Shown piece by piece: positions 52,117 through 61,235 of a DNA stretch of 64,000 nt. Position numbers and translations under genes: made by a program. This stretch comes from a virus. Taxonomy: Duplodnaviria > Caudoviricetes. The stretch spans positions 9,030 through 73,029 of the IMG/VR virus record IMGVR_UViG_3300025196_000011; one strand, given 5' to 3'. Under the pieces are notes generated by a model. It was not told the origin of the DNA. It was given only the letters and a program-made list of their open reading frames with translations, and did not search any database. Position 1 is the stretch's first letter. Every line of letters starts with the position of its first letter.

Positions 52117-52566
52117 TTACTCCTTAATTACCATCCAGCCTGATTCATCACCTAAAAAGGCGTAGTAATCCGCTTCATTCATTTCATAAAAGTTTGTTAT
52201 CTCAATGCTTTGGGCAATTTGCCATGCTTGTTTGGCGGTGGCCATCACGTCATCAAGCGACGGTTGCAAGGGCTGCTCAAACAAAAAGGTTTCATTGATG
52301 GTGCGTGGCCATAAGTGAAGCGGCGCTGTTGAACGCGGCATAGTCAGTACGGCAAAAGCGACAAAGTATCTGTCCGGATTGGCCGCCTTGTCTTGAATAG
52401 CGTCTTGCTCAGCTTTGCTTTTTTGCTCATAAAGCCATCGGTCAAACTTCCATGCACCATCGCCATCAAGGGTTATACGTTCGGCTGAATCCATCAAAGG
52501 ACGCTTGGCCGATTTCTTTGGTTTGGCGGGCGTAAATTTACCGCCTTTAATCAATCGCATAACCAC
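52117..52566 (-). CDS. Hypothetical protein
   Basis: AAGGGG RBS. Confidence 0.6.
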   Translation of the reverse strand: MVMRLIKGGKFTPAKPKKSAKRPLMDSAERITLDGDGAWKFDRWLYEQKSKAEQDAIQDKAANPDRYFVAFAVLTMPRSTAPLHLWPRTINETFLFEQPLQPSLDDVMATAKQAWQIAQSIEITNFYEMNEADYYAFLGDESGWMVIKE

Positions 52567-52569
52567 CCC

Positions 52570-53478
52570 TTACAAACTCATAACGCGGCCGGTTGCATAC
52601 CGGTAGCTTTTCCAATTACAGACAATCTCAACCATGTTTTGGCGCAAGCGGTCGGCGGCTCGGTGGCCAACGTGGGCGTAAAAATCATTTGGCGGCAAGT
52701 TGGTTGTTATGATGGTCGGCAAGCCGTCTTTGTAACGCTTGTCGATTAAGTCCGATAGGCGCTCACGGTCGGCGTCGGCGGCCTTGTCACTAAAGCCCGT
52801 GTCGCCCTCACCCACTTCATCGATAATCAATACGGTGGCGCGGCCAAGGCGGTCAAGATAGGCCTTATCGCTTTCAACCGATGCCTTGTTCCAGCACTCT
52901 TTAAACTCACGCTGAATGTCCGCTGAACGCTTAAAAATAACGGTCATGCGCGGGGTGTAATTACAGCGGATAATCTCATTAGCGATAAGACAAGCCAGCT
53001 TGGTTTTACCCGTGCCCGTGTTACCGGTTAATAAAATATTGGCGTGGCCGCGTCGATAGGTGGCCGCGTAGTTTTGGCCAAAGTTCACGATGTTTTGAAT
53101 ACGGGTAGCCAATTGCTTATCACCGCCGCCAATCGCTTGCCAGTTAGCGAAATTAGCGCCGATATGCTCGGCGGGCATGGCCACGCTGGCAAGCATGTTT
53201 TGACGGTTGATGATTTTCTTTTGCTCAGCCGCTTCAATCTCCCAACGGCATTTTTGGCAACCGGTCTTACCGGCGGCTAAATCTTTACTCGTGATAAACC
53301 AAGTTGCCTTACCGTGCATTGAGCAAGTCACGCTGATTTTTTCTAAGGCCATGCCGGCCGGTATGGTGCTGATAATCTTGGATAGCTCACCGTTTGGCGT
53401 GTTCACATGGTCTTTACTAAAATCGGCGGCGCTTGGTGCGCGGCGGTCAAGTGTGTTTACAGTGATTAAATCGCTCAT
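52570..53478 (-). CDS. DnaC/IstB-like helicase loader ATPase with N-terminal Zn ribbon
   Basis: CSMHG...CQKC; GNTGTGKT; VLIIDEVG; PTIITTN; RAADRL. Confidence 0.9.
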   Translation of the reverse strand: MSDLITVNTLDRRAPSAADFSKDHVNTPNGELSKIISTIPAGMALEKISVTCSMHGKATWFITSKDLAAGKTGCQKCRWEIEAAEQKKIINRQNMLASVAMPAEHIGANFANWQAIGGGDKQLATRIQNIVNFGQNYAATYRRGHANILLTGNTGTGKTKLACLIANEIIRCNYTPRMTVIFKRSADIQREFKECWNKASVESDKAYLDRLGRATVLIIDEVGEGDTGFSDKAADADRERLSDLIDKRYKDGLPTIITTNLPPNDFYAHVGHRAADRLRQNMVEIVCNWKSYRYATGRVMSL

Positions 53479-54539
53479 AGCTGGGTCACTCCTTGGCTAG
53501 AAAAATCAAACGCTGGTTGGCGGTAATCATCGTTGCTGTCAAGGGCTGGCAAGTTTAGGTATTCGCGGCGCTCGGCGTCAGTCATAGGCGCGTCATAACC
53601 CCATGCGTCGTTTACGGCTAATGGGTCGGCTGTTTTGCGGTAGTTTGTGAATTGGCTATTGGCTTGCTGTAGGCGCTCTTTTGGCTCAAAAACGCCCGCC
53701 CATTTACCGACAATGGCGTTTTTAAGAGAATTATTGACGTCTAGGCCTTTGGCGTGCCATTGCTCAAAGTCCTTAAGTATGAGTTTGCAAGCGTATTCAG
53801 TGGCGGCCTTTTTAATATCGGCGCGCATTTGGTGATAACCCGCCCACATTTCTGTATCAACGTAGTCAGGTAAATTTACTTCTAAGGGATTGAATTTAAC
53901 TTCGGTTTTTTTCTTAGCGGTTTTTTTCTTAGCTGGGGTTTTAGGTTTTTCTGTTGCTTCAACCTCAGCTTCACTAGCAGATAAATCGGCGTTATCTGTT
54001 GTATTAGTATTTATTGTATTAGTATCTTTTGTATAGTATCTATTGTGTACGTCAATTTGACGGGGCTTGTCGGACAAATTGACGGGGCTTGCAGACAAAT
54101 TGACGGGGCTTGCAGACAAATTGACGGGGCTTGCTTCATCTAAGCCTAGACAAATTGACGGGGCTTGTTCGTCTAAGCTAAGACTTTTTGACGGGGCTTT
54201 CTCACCACATGCCAGCGCGCGGATAGTGTCAAAATTTAATGAATACTCGCTCATATTGTTAAAACTTGGCGTCGCATTGATTATTTTTTCTTTGATTAAT
54301 AACTTAACGCCGCGCTCAATTGTTTTGATACTTGCGCCGCTACCATGAACGGGGTCATTCTTAAACTGAGAATAAGAAAGCGTATCGCGGCCTTTATTCC
54401 AGCCACCGGTTTTGTACCATACAAATTGCAAGCATAAGTACGCACTAGGGTTTTTAAGTACCTGTTGCATTTTCAAAACCATGTGCGGAATCCGCAAATA
54501 ATCGGCCATCAAAACCTCTTGTAAATCATCTATTACCAT
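53475..54539 (-). CDS. Replication initiator (lambda O-like)
   Basis: N-terminal wHTH (WYKTGGWNKGRD.LSYSQF), internal iterons, C-terminal W..YHQMR...W.G.F domain. Confidence 0.85.
   Translation of the reverse strand: MVIDDLQEVLMADYLRIPHMVLKMQQVLKNPSAYLCLQFVWYKTGGWNKGRDTLSYSQFKNDPVHGSGASIKTIERGVKLLIKEKIINATPSFNNMSEYSLNFDTIRALACGEKAPSKSLSLDEQAPSICLGLDEASPVNLSASPVNLSASPVNLSDKPRQIDVHNRYYTKDTNTINTNTTDNADLSASEAEVEATEKPKTPAKKKTAKKKTEVKFNPLEVNLPDYVDTEMWAGYHQMRADIKKAATEYACKLILKDFEQWHAKGLDVNNSLKNAIVGKWAGVFEPKERLQQANSQFTNYRKTADPLAVNDAWGYDAPMTDAERREYLNLPALDSNDDYRQPAFDFSSQGVTQL
53990..54199. repeat. Replication origin: six TTGACGGGGCTT iterons plus adjacent AT-rich unwinding element
   Basis: Copies start at 54057, 54079, 54100, 54121, 54155, 54188; GTATTAGTAT repeats at ~54001-54025. 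Confidence 0.85.
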
Positions 54540-54552
54540 GTCAAAATACCCC

Positions 54553-54617
54553 TGTTGATTGTCTGTGATTAGTTGATTAACACCACGCCGGCCACCCCAA
54601 GTAGCCGGCTTTTTTGT
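54553..54617 (+). ncRNA. Candidate OOP-like antisense RNA
   Basis: TTGTAA(54519)-17-CAAAAT(54542) with TG extension; plus-strand terminator GCCGGC...GCCGGC-T6. Confidence 0.4.
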
Positions 54618-54619
54618 GC

Positions 54620-55471
54620 CTACGCTTTTTGTACGTCGGCCATCGTGAAAAATTTGTTTTCAGTAAGCCCATTTAGGGCACTTGGAATAATCCAGCCAAG
54701 CGCTTGAACGTCTTTATTCGGATTGCGCACAGTACACACCACAACGCCCTCTTTTCTTAATGCTGATACCGCGCCCTTGATACTGGTAATAGCGGCATTA
54801 ATATCTTCCACTTGCACGAAATAGCCTTGATTGAGCATGTCTAACATAATGCGCATAAGCTCGTTACGGCTGGTGATAGGCTTCTCACTGTAAGGGTGCT
54901 TAGGTAGACGCTTAAAGTTGTCAATACCCCATAATGACAAGGGCGCGCCCGTAGCTTCGTAACTCACATTGACTGACGTAACAGACACAAGGCTTACCTT
55001 GCGGTCATAGCGAATAAAAGCGACGTCATGGCTGGCCGCGCTACGCAAGCTGCCCGATTCAGGCGCTAGCAAAAACTCACCGTCATTCATGCGCGCCAAG
55101 ATAGCGTTACGGCGTTTGGCCAATGCTGAATTTTCGCGGTAGGCCTTTTGCGTGGCCGCGCGCTTAAGGGCGGCTTGCTCAGCGCGTATCTTGGCATCAG
55201 CGGCGGCAAACTCAGCAATGCGGCGGCGCTCAGCTAAGCGCTTCTCGTTTTTGGCAATGCGTTTTAGTTGCGCTTCAATTTGAATGTCACGATAAGCGTT
55301 ACAAACTTCGTCAGGGTTATTGGTGGGGTCAAGATTAATCACGCGCGCGTTTGGATGGCGGCGGTAATCAGTGTTTACGCGCTTTGGGCGCACGTAAGCG
55401 TTGAATGAGTGATAAGGGTTGTTATCAATTTTTATGACCGTTGCCTTTTTTGAATTGGTTAGATTCGTCAT
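54620..55471 (-). CDS. Hypothetical protein (coiled coil, possible C-terminal wHTH)
   Basis: ORF between cII and initiator. Confidence 0.65.
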   Translation of the reverse strand: MTNLTNSKKATVIKIDNNPYHSFNAYVRPKRVNTDYRRHPNARVINLDPTNNPDEVCNAYRDIQIEAQLKRIAKNEKRLAERRRIAEFAAADAKIRAEQAALKRAATQKAYRENSALAKRRNAILARMNDGEFLLAPESGSLRSAASHDVAFIRYDRKVSLVSVTSVNVSYEATGAPLSLWGIDNFKRLPKHPYSEKPITSRNELMRIMLDMLNQGYFVQVEDINAAITSIKGAVSALRKEGVVVCTVRNPNKDVQALGWIIPSALNGLTENKFFTMADVQKA

Positions 55472-55539
55472 TGCGGTTATTCCTGTTTTTGCATAATTGA
55501 ATTGGCACTTGTCTGTTTTTAAATAGCTACATGCCAGCT

Positions 55540-55866
55540 TTACTTAAATAAAATCGCCATATAATCAGGAGAATTGAAACAATTTCTCAGCAATTCCCTC
55601 GTCGCTGCCGCCGTTTCTTTTGAGCAATAAACGTGATCTTCCGGCACTACTTTTAATTCTAGGACGGCAAGCATTGTGGCAATCAGGTCAAGGTCAGTCC
55701 CCACAAAACGGCCAACTTTATTTTTATCAGCCCCCGCTACTTCGACAATCTTTGTTTGAGTGCCAGTAAGGATGTTCTGGGAAATAGCATTTCTTATTTC
55801 CCGTGCTTTCTCACGGTACTCTGGCGATAATTCAGTTATGGATTTATGGGTAGGTTTTTGGCACAT
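55540..55866 (-). CDS. CII-like transcription activator
   Basis: QTKIVEVAGADKNKVGRF...LAVLELKVVPE..YC; follows cro. Confidence 0.7.
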   Translation of the reverse strand: MCQKPTHKSITELSPEYREKAREIRNAISQNILTGTQTKIVEVAGADKNKVGRFVGTDLDLIATMLAVLELKVVPEDHVYCSKETAAATRELLRNCFNSPDYMAILFK

Positions 55867-55886
55867 ACTGTTATTCCTTTTAACGG

Positions 55887-56147
55887 TTAGGCATGTTCGG
55901 CATCTTCAAGCCTTATAAAGTCTTCATAGTTAATGAAGTCGTTTAGCGGTTCTTTATTGATGCAAACATGCTGATAAAGACTTTGTATTCTCTCTACTGT
56001 CTGCCAACTTGTACGTTTAAACAGTTGGTTTTGAATGCGAGAAATACTTGATTGATGGATACCTACTTTTAAGCCGATGTCATTTTGATTAACACCTGCT
56101 TTTTCTAGTTTTTCTAAGCATGTATGAGGAGGAGGTAGCTGCAACAT
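55887..56147 (-). CDS. Cro-like repressor
   Basis: HTH QNDIGLKVGIHQSSISRI; divergent from cI. Confidence 0.8.
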   Translation of the reverse strand: MLQLPPPHTCLEKLEKAGVNQNDIGLKVGIHQSSISRIQNQLFKRTSWQTVERIQSLYQHVCINKEPLNDFINYEDFIRLEDAEHA

Positions 56148-56179
56148 GGCTTTATTCTCTTTTAAATGTAAATACGCCT

Positions 56180-56207
56180 ATTATAATGCGTATGCGCATT
56201 AAATCAA
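56180..56207 (-). promoter_or_regulatory. PR-like promoter with overlapping operator ATGCGTATGCGCAT (56186-56199)
   Basis: TTGATT-16-TATAAT on minus strand. Confidence 0.75.
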
Positions 56208-56235
56208 CCACTTTTGCATTCAAGCTGTCAAAGAT

Positions 56236-56249
56236 ATGCGTAAACGCAT
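56236..56249. promoter_or_regulatory. Operator palindrome ATGCGTAAACGCAT
   Basis: Second copy in the cro-cI intergenic region. Confidence 0.75.
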
Positions 56250-56294
56250 AAAATAAGCAGTACAAATATTAGCTAATTAACCGCTGGGGTTTAT

Positions 56295-56990
56295 ATGAAG
56301 AGCACTCTAATTAAGAACCTTGACCATTTGATACATAGCAAGCGAACCAACGCCACCCAGCTACAAGAAGATATAGGCGTTCCTCAAACAACTACGTCGC
56401 GCATTTTGAATGGCACAACGACAAATCCAAGTGACCGAACGCTTAAAAAATATGCAGATTTTTTCGAGGTCACTGTCGCTGATTTGCGATACAGTGATTT
56501 GACTAATGAGGAAAATAAAGAGCTGTTAGCGCCAATTGTTAACAGTAAGACTGTGCGCGTAAAAAAAGGAGACAGAGAGTTGATACCAATACCTATATAC
56601 AACGTTATTTTTTGCTGTGGCGATGGCAATAAAGAGTTCGGATTCGAAGAAATAAAGGGCTACAGGGATTTTGAAGAGGGTTTTTTTATACAGGCGGGTA
56701 TTAAGCCCGATGAATTTAAACTCGTCTGCGCCAGCAATGATAGTATGTCGCCTTACATTAACGATAAAGACGAAGTTGGGGTGATACTGAGTGACAAAGA
56801 ACTTAGGGATGGCCAAGTGTACGCCCTACTGCTGGACGGCGACCGCATGTTTAAACAAGTATTTTTAGAGGGCGGCGGTAAGCTGCGCCTACATAGTTTT
56901 AATGACAAGTATCCCGATAAAATTATCACGGCTGATAACCATGAAAGCCTTATCGTGGTAGGCCGCCAATATTTTAGGGCTGGTAATTAA
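56295..56990 (+). CDS. CI-like repressor (XRE HTH plus S24 peptidase)
   Basis: PQTTTSRILNG HTH; NDSMSPYI (Ser) and MFKQV (Lys) catalytic dyad. Confidence 0.92.
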   Translation: MKSTLIKNLDHLIHSKRTNATQLQEDIGVPQTTTSRILNGTTTNPSDRTLKKYADFFEVTVADLRYSDLTNEENKELLAPIVNSKTVRVKKGDRELIPIPIYNVIFCCGDGNKEFGFEEIKGYRDFEEGFFIQAGIKPDEFKLVCASNDSMSPYINDKDEVGVILSDKELRDGQVYALLLDGDRMFKQVFLEGGGKLRLHSFNDKYPDKIITADNHESLIVVGRQYFRAGN

Positions 56991-57036
56991 AACCTCGTAT
57001 TGATTAAAAATAGACATTAGAAGAATAAAACTTTAT

Positions 57037-57063
57037 AGCCACTCAGATTGAGTGGCTTTTTTT
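57037..57063 (+). terminator. Terminator after cI
   Basis: AGCCACTCA-gat-TGAGTGGCT-T6. Confidence 0.8.
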
Positions 57064-57074
57064 CATCCCTAATC

Positions 57075-57144
57075 ATGCGTCTACGCATTATTTGCCTTTT
57101 ATCATGCAAATATACTTGCATTTATAAATGCGTATGCGCATAAT
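57075..57144 (+). promoter_or_regulatory. PL-like promoter with two operators (57075-57088, 57128-57141)
   Basis: TTGCAT(57116)-17-CATAAT(57139); ATGCGTCTACGCAT and ATGCGTATGCGCAT. Confidence 0.8.
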
Positions 57145-57206
57145 AGACGCATCGAAACGGCAAAACCGGTTGGGTGACAGCAATTTAATTTTATAGAAGA
57201 GGTTTT

Positions 57207-57371
57207 ATGAGTAATGCAACTGAGCAATTAAACCGCCGCGACACGCTGGCGGGTATGGTAATGCAAGCACTGATTACCAAAGGCGGTAACGCTAGTCGTT
57301 ATGAGCTAGCAGAGTATGCCGTCAAACAGGCGGATTTATTAATCAAAGAGCTTGATAAAAAACAAGCATAA
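57207..57371 (+). CDS. Small phage protein (54 aa; not in ORF track)
   Basis: MSNATEQLNRRDTLAGMVMQALI...AVKQADLLIKEL; GAGG RBS. Confidence 0.7.
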   Translation: MSNATEQLNRRDTLAGMVMQALITKGGNASRYELAEYAVKQADLLIKELDKKQA

Positions 57372-57406
57372 AAAAAACCCTTTCGACGGCTATCAAAAGG
57401 GTTTTT
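57370..57406. terminator. tL1-like terminator
   Basis: AAAAACCCTTT...AAAGGGTTTTT. Confidence 0.7.
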
Positions 57407-57430
57407 CACTTCTTTACTAAGGTTCTTATT

Positions 57431-57931
57431 ATGTCACAAAATTTAAAGCTAATCAATAAAGGCGACCGCTGTACGCCGGCCACTTACCAGTTTGGCCGCA
57501 ATGAGCGCTTGAACATTCACCCAAACAATTATGCTGATTTGACCGATGCCAATACCGGCGCTTGCATAAGAACGTTTGACTGGGATTTTGTCCGCAATAT
57601 GGGTTACTCGCCGGCCAAGCTGCTAGCGGGTAACGAGATTGACCAGTTTTTAGACACCCCATGCACCGCCGCTTTAACTGCTACCAAATCCGGCCTTAAG
57701 CATATCGCGGGCGGGCTGGTTGTTGGATTGATGATAGCAGCGATAAGCAACGCCACCGGCTGCACTGACTTGGTACTGCATCAAGTAGAAAAGGACGTCG
57801 CAACATCGACCATCGAACCGCGCGCCGCTCATACCGATATGAGCTTGGCGCACTTTCAAGAGCAAAACGCCTATGCTAATAAGACGCTGCACAATATGCG
57901 CTTATATGCCGCTGACAGGAGTGCAAAATAA
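57431..57931 (+). CDS. Hypothetical protein with one TM segment
   Basis: ORF; IAGGLVVGLMIAAI. Confidence 0.6.
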   Translation: MSQNLKLINKGDRCTPATYQFGRNERLNIHPNNYADLTDANTGACIRTFDWDFVRNMGYSPAKLLAGNEIDQFLDTPCTAALTATKSGLKHIAGGLVVGLMIAAISNATGCTDLVLHQVEKDVATSTIEPRAAHTDMSLAHFQEQNAYANKTLHNMRLYAADRSAK

Positions 57932-58602
57932 TGATTACTCAAACATTCGTCAACGTGAAATCGGTTCGCAAGTATCAAAAAGATGGCAGTTATTGCGCTC
58001 AGCTTATCACCGCCGATACCGACGGCAACCACAGTTTTTATGCTTGCCGGCTCAGCGGCTCAAACACGTTAGACACTAACGAGGCTTACCAATACGTTAA
58101 TCGTAAATGGCAGCCGGTTGATGTTGATAGCGAGCTTGCTAAGTCATTAGAGGGCGCATTAAAACGCCTTGTTTCCGTTACTGGCAACGCTTACAAGCGC
58201 AAGCATGAAGCGGCCGACGGCTCGATTAGCTATTCAATGTATGTTGATACCGTGCTTTACGTCTCAACCGATGGCGGCCACGCCATCAAGATTGATGACA
58301 AGCTGTTTTATACCGCAAACCCGCGCGAGCTGCTACCGTTTGGCGGCCTTATGACCACCATACGCTATACGCTACTGAGCGACCCAAGCGTTAGCGCGAC
58401 CGTTGATTTGGCCACCGATGCCAACCTTAAGCGCCGCTTAGAAACTCAATTTGAGCAAGCCTATAAGCAGTATATGCGCATTGTGAATAGCCGACCAATT
58501 GGCGGCGGTTCATGGGCTGACGTCCAAAACGCCCGCCAAGAGTTTGGTAAATCGCGTTTTAATCACCGCCAGCTTCAACGCCAACGCCATCGCAACCGCT
58601 AA
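57931..58602 (+). CDS. Hypothetical protein
   Basis: TAATG coupled ORF. Confidence 0.6.
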   Translation: MITQTFVNVKSVRKYQKDGSYCAQLITADTDGNHSFYACRLSGSNTLDTNEAYQYVNRKWQPVDVDSELAKSLEGALKRLVSVTGNAYKRKHEAADGSISYSMYVDTVLYVSTDGGHAIKIDDKLFYTANPRELLPFGGLMTTIRYTLLSDPSVSATVDLATDANLKRRLETQFEQAYKQYMRIVNSRPIGGGSWADVQNARQEFGKSRFNHRQLQRQRHRNR

Positions 58603-58611
58603 GGACACCTT

Positions 58612-58839
58612 ATGACTGAGAACTTTAAACCCCAAGCGGCGGCGCTTAGCCATCAATCGGTTAAGGCGCTAGAAGCAGCACAAACCAAACCGGCGCGCGT
58701 ACTACCGCGCCGTGACAGACAGTATTTAATTGAGATAGCAAATGGTGCGTTCACCAACAAGCAAGGGCAGATATTTTATAACCCTACTGAGCGCCAATTA
58801 GACAAAATTTTTGAGGGTAAATTATATGGATACTGCTAA
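58612..58839 (+). CDS. Hypothetical protein
   Basis: AAGGA RBS. Confidence 0.6.
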   Translation: MTENFKPQAAALSHQSVKALEAAQTKPARVLPRRDRQYLIEIANGAFTNKQGQIFYNPTERQLDKIFEGKLYGYC

Positions 58840-59650
58840 CACTAAGGCCACCGCGCCAGCCGCGCCAATCGCGCCAGCCACAAACCAAGCGCCGCACGTA
58901 TATGCGGCCATCAACGCGGTACAAAGAGAAATATCTATTACCGGTATTAGCAAGGACAACGCCACCACGGGCGGCGCTAAATTCAAGTTTCGCGGGATTG
59001 ATGACGTCTATAACGCGCTAAGCCCGATAATCGCCAAGCATAGCTTAATCATCGCGCCAAGATATAGCGACCGCGCCCTTGTTGAGCGCAAAAGCAGCAA
59101 TGGTAACAGCCTATTTTATATCACCGTTACCGGTCATTTTGACTTCATATCTATGGTTGATGGCAGTAAGCACACGGTCACGACGTTTGGCGAGGCTATG
59201 GACAGCGGCGATAAAGGCACAAACAAGGCCATGGCCATTGCTCATAAGTACGCTTTGTTGCAAGTGTTTGCCATACCGACTGAGGGCGATAACGACCCCG
59301 ATAATTACACTCACCATCCGCAACCTTATCAGGGCAATCAAAACCAGCAGCAAGGCCAATACGGCAATCAAACGCACGTTGGCCAAGCCCAGCGCATGAG
59401 CCGACCGCCGCTAAGGGTTGCACCGGTTGAGTATATCGCCATCACCGACGCCAATGGCAAGCCCAAGACCAGCGACGGCCGCCGCGTGTTTTCATCTGAG
59501 CAATTCCAAGAATTAGAGCAAGCCATCTTGGCCGGCCAATACGCCGCCGGTCAATTTATGAATAGTGAAAAATACTATTACAGTGAAGCGCAATTTAACG
59601 CGCTTAACCAGCTTGCCAACAACAACCAACCAGCCATAGGACAAAAATAA
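58826..59650 (+). CDS. ERF-family single-strand annealing recombinase (start refined to ATG 58826)
   Basis: FKFRGIDDV...GEAMDSGDKGTNKAMAIAHKYAL...FAIPTEGD. Confidence 0.85.
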   Translation: MDTANTKATAPAAPIAPATNQAPHVYAAINAVQREISITGISKDNATTGGAKFKFRGIDDVYNALSPIIAKHSLIIAPRYSDRALVERKSSNGNSLFYITVTGHFDFISMVDGSKHTVTTFGEAMDSGDKGTNKAMAIAHKYALLQVFAIPTEGDNDPDNYTHHPQPYQGNQNQQQGQYGNQTHVGQAQRMSRPPLRVAPVEYIAITDANGKPKTSDGRRVFSSEQFQELEQAILAGQYAAGQFMNSEKYYYSEAQFNALNQLANNNQPAIGQK

Positions 59651-60273
59651 TGTCATCAATCATTAAAGCGCACCTCAACAAATACAAATGGCTTGCCAGC
59701 GCCCTAGACGATACCGGTTGCTTTACTGACAGCACTATCGAGAAACGCCCTAAATTCATGCGCTACATTCATGTCATTTACGGTGAAGCGATGGCCACCA
59801 ATGGCGCGGTAGTCCATATCTTGCCAACGCCTGAGCTTGACGACGGTTGTTATGAGTTGCAAGGGGCGCAATTGGTCAAGGTTGATGGCGTGGACGTGCC
59901 GCCAACCTATAACCCAAGGCAAGTAATCAATGAGCGCGTTTTTCTTCATTACAACGACCTCGTTACCAAGAGTATTCAAGATTTTAAGCCCGCTTTTCTT
60001 GGACGAATGTTAAAGCTAAAGCGCGGCCATCTTACTTTTGGCCGTGAATACTTAACCCAAGCGACCAATTACAACGAACGCAATGCTTTTGAGATTGCAA
60101 GCACTGGTAACAATGGCTTTGCGTTTGGCGTTAATGAGTTTGGAACGTTCTTTGTTTTGGCTTTAAAGAAACCATCGTTAAAAACTCGCTTAAGAATGGC
60201 CGCCATCGTTTTGATGGCGACTTATAACAAAATCATCGACCGCTTTACCAGCGGTCAAACCACAACCAAGTAA
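59650..60273 (+). CDS. Hypothetical protein
   Basis: ATNGAVVH motif; TAATG coupling. Confidence 0.6.
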   Translation: MSSIIKAHLNKYKWLASALDDTGCFTDSTIEKRPKFMRYIHVIYGEAMATNGAVVHILPTPELDDGCYELQGAQLVKVDGVDVPPTYNPRQVINERVFLHYNDLVTKSIQDFKPAFLGRMLKLKRGHLTFGREYLTQATNYNERNAFEIASTGNNGFAFGVNEFGTFFVLALKKPSLKTRLRMAAIVLMATYNKIIDRFTSGQTTTK

Positions 60274-60284
60274 GGCAGTAAGTT

Positions 60285-60863
60285 ATGAGAGGCGTAAACA
60301 AGGTAATTATTATTGGCAATCTAGGCGCTGACCCCGAAGCGCGCCAATTCAACAATGGCAGCAGCGTGACCAATATTTCGGTGGCCACGTCTGAGCAATG
60401 GACAGACAAGCAAAGCGGCGAAAAGCGCGAGGCGACGGAGTGGCACAGAATTAGCCTTTTCAATCGCTTGGGTGAAATAGCCGCGCAATATCTGCGCAAG
60501 GGCAGCAAGGTTTACATCGAGGGGAGCTTGCGTACCCGTAAGTACCAAGACCAAAACGGCCAAGATAGGTACGTGACAGAAATACGCGCTGAACAGATGC
60601 AAATGCTGGACGGCGCTGGTGACAACGGCGGCCGTCAAAACAACGGCAGCCAGTACAACCAATCGCAAGGCCGTCAAAACAACGGCAGCCAGTACAACAA
60701 CGCGCCAGCACCACAAAACCAAGGCCAGTACAACAACGCGCCAGCGCCGCAAAACCAAGGTCATCAGCAATTCAATAACAACATGACGTCAAACGGCCAC
60801 GGCGGTAGTAGTGCCCCGCTTGATGATGATATACCGTTCGCACCTTTTTACGGCGGCGAGTAA
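60285..60863 (+). CDS. ssb: Single-stranded DNA-binding protein
   Basis: [17 protein letters not shown]...ATEWHRI...[16 protein letters not shown]; DDDIPF. Confidence 0.95.
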   Translation: MRGVNKVIIIGNLGADPEARQFNNGSSVTNISVATSEQWTDKQSGEKREATEWHRISLFNRLGEIAAQYLRKGSKVYIEGSLRTRKYQDQNGQDRYVTEIRAEQMQMLDGAGDNGGRQNNGSQYNQSQGRQNNGSQYNNAPAPQNQGQYNNAPAPQNQGHQQFNNNMTSNGHGGSSAPLDDDIPFAPFYGGE

Positions 60864-60923
60864 CCCTTAATAACAACAAAGGCGGCGGCCATCGTGCCGC
60901 CAATCTAAAATAGGATTTTTACT

Positions 60924-61232
60924 ATGAATACCACCGGATTATTGATGCTGCTAACCATAGTGACATTGGCGCTTACGTTTATAGCTTTTGCGGCCGTTGT
61001 CAAAATGAAATACCGAAAGCTAAGCAAGCCCGTACCAACCATTAAGACTATGAGCGCCGAAGATTTGCTTGAGGTAATTGTCGGCCTACCACTGAGCGAG
61101 CTATTAAGCGCCGGCGATAGTGTTGAGATTATCGTATCGACCAATAGCCATCCTATCGCAAGCCGTGAGTATGTAGCGACCGACTGGCATAGCATGATTA
61201 AACTAGAACCAGTTAGAACCGTTAAGGGGTAG
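60924..61232 (+). CDS. Small membrane-anchored protein
   Basis: N-terminal TM segment. Confidence 0.6.
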   Translation: MNTTGLLMLLTIVTLALTFIAFAAVVKMKYRKLSKPVPTIKTMSAEDLLEVIVGLPLSELLSAGDSVEIIVSTNSHPIASREYVATDWHSMIKLEPVRTVKG

Positions 61233-61235
61233 ATT

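Noticed and set aside
54057-54199. CRISPR-like repeat array
   Set aside because: Spacers are 9-22 nt and nearly identical, the array lies inside the initiator gene, and no cas genes are present; these are iterons
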